Shown: in pieces, positions 63,124 through 64,000 of the stretch
Layout: each line of letters starts with the position of its first letter
How positions within the stretch are numbered: position 1 is the stretch's first letter
DNA from: Candidatus Iainarchaeum sp.
Lineage (GTDB): Archaea > Iainarchaeota > Iainarchaeia > Iainarchaeales > JAZDDZ01
Length of the DNA: 64,000 nucleotides
Assembly (NCBI GenBank): GCA_043809245.1
Contig: JAZDDZ010000042.1
Coordinates: 1-64,000, forward strand
Direction of reading: 5' to 3'
Notes under the pieces: model-generated
The model's database searches: none
What the model was told of the DNA's origin: nothing
What the model saw: the letters and a program-made list of their open reading frames with translations, nothing else
Made by a program: the position numbers and the translations under genes

Positions 63124-63807
63124 ATGGGTGAAGAAAAACAAAGTGCGGGGGAATTGTTTGACAAGAGGGTTGAGGACTATGATTCTTTTGTGCATTCCAC
63201 GGTGATTGGGTATGACGATATTTTGGAGTCGTTGAAGCAGATTGCAAAAATTTTTGTTAAAACCGATAAGCCAGCTATTCTTGACTTGGGCGTGGGGAGT
63301 GGGAATAGTGCTTTGGCTTTGTTAGAGGATTTTCCTAATGCGAGTTTGACCGGTTATGATGTTTCCCAGAAGATGGTTGAAAAAACTAGGGAGCGGTTCA
63401 AAAAATTTGATTACACGGGCGTGTGCGATAACGCGGTGAACATTGGTTTTGAAAACAAGTTTGACCTCGTTATATCGTCTATTGTTTTGCATCATTTGAG
63501 TGATGAGGACAAGCAGAGAACGTATAAAAAAATTTTTAATGCGCTAAAGGTTGGCGGGGTTTTTGTTTTGGCTGACGTGATGGTGGCTTCAAGCAAAAAA
63601 CTTAACGAGCATTTGCATGAAAAGTGGAGTAAATTCATTGCTTTCAAGAGGGGTGAGGAGTATAGGGATAAGATTTTGGGTTTGGACCAGGAGCATCACC
63701 AGTACGCTGCATTGAATGATAACCAAAAATTCCTGCAGCAAGCGGGTTTTAAAACGGAAGTGTTTTATAGAAATCTTAACTCTGCTATTGTTATTGGTTT
63801 CAAGTGA
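63124..63807 (+). CDS. Class I SAM-dependent methyltransferase (CmoA-like fold)
   Basis: ILDLGVGSG, YDVS, DLVISSIVLHHL, LKVGG. Confidence 0.88.
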   Translation: MGEEKQSAGELFDKRVEDYDSFVHSTVIGYDDILESLKQIAKIFVKTDKPAILDLGVGSGNSALALLEDFPNASLTGYDVSQKMVEKTRERFKKFDYTGVCDNAVNIGFENKFDLVISSIVLHHLSDEDKQRTYKKIFNALKVGGVFVLADVMVASSKKLNEHLHEKWSKFIAFKRGEEYRDKILGLDQEHHQYAALNDNQKFLQQAGFKTEVFYRNLNSAIVIGFK

Positions 63808-63814
63808 ATCAATA

Positions 63815-64000
63815 ATGCGGGAATACATTAAGCGAACTAAAGCGCGGCTTGTCAAGCAGAGGGAGAGAGCGAAGTTGTTTAGGGTTGCTTCAAGGGTTAC
63901 GCCTATTGTTTTTAATCGTGAGCCTGTGAATGTTCATAGTACTTTTGTTAAAGGAGATAAAACGCCTTTGGTTTTTTTGACGGGTTTGGGTTGTTCTCAA
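63815..64000 (+). CDS. Probable alpha/beta hydrolase, truncated by window end
   Basis: ...GDKTPLVFLTGLGCS, resembling the first strand and oxyanion loop. Confidence 0.45.
   Translation, partial: MREYIKRTKARLVKQRERAKLFRVASRVTPIVFNREPVNVHSTFVKGDKTPLVFLTGLGCSQ

Overview
Archaeal chromosome segment, most likely a DPANN archaeon (divergent archaeal 16S, compact intergenic regions, BHB-type tRNA intron and rRNA processing stems; Iainarchaeota/Diapherotrites-like is an inference only). Core content: argJ-argD-argC-argB-argS operon with a divergent ACT-domain regulator, leuS, a short alaS, corA, RNase P RNA, a linked 16S-tRNA-Ala-23S operon (no 5S seen), tRNA-Arg (intron) and tRNA-Pro, pyrG, and Lhr helicase (with a LAGLIDADG intein) plus its metallophosphoesterase. 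Accessory content: (i) an AT-rich defence island at about 24-37.4 kb, including a tightly packed operon C5-methyltransferase / MORC-like GHKL ATPase-histidine kinase fusion / response regulator / caspase-(CHAT/C25)-like His-Cys protease / Vsr / PD-(D/E)XK nuclease, a second type II R-M pair and several toxin-antitoxin modules; (ii) a KaiC-V4R pair next to UbiA, CrtI-like and GGR-like isoprenoid enzymes; (iii) an Lrp-associated cluster with a YbaK-type deacylase, a methyltransferase-PLP gamma-lyase fusion and an MmtN-like methionine S-methyltransferase. Unannotated small features include an Ala-rich 33-codon leader ORF with a hairpin and U-tracts upstream of alaS (candidate archaeal attenuator) and a structured GC-rich segment directly 5' of tRNA-Pro. 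All family assignments come from visual motif recognition; no searches were run.
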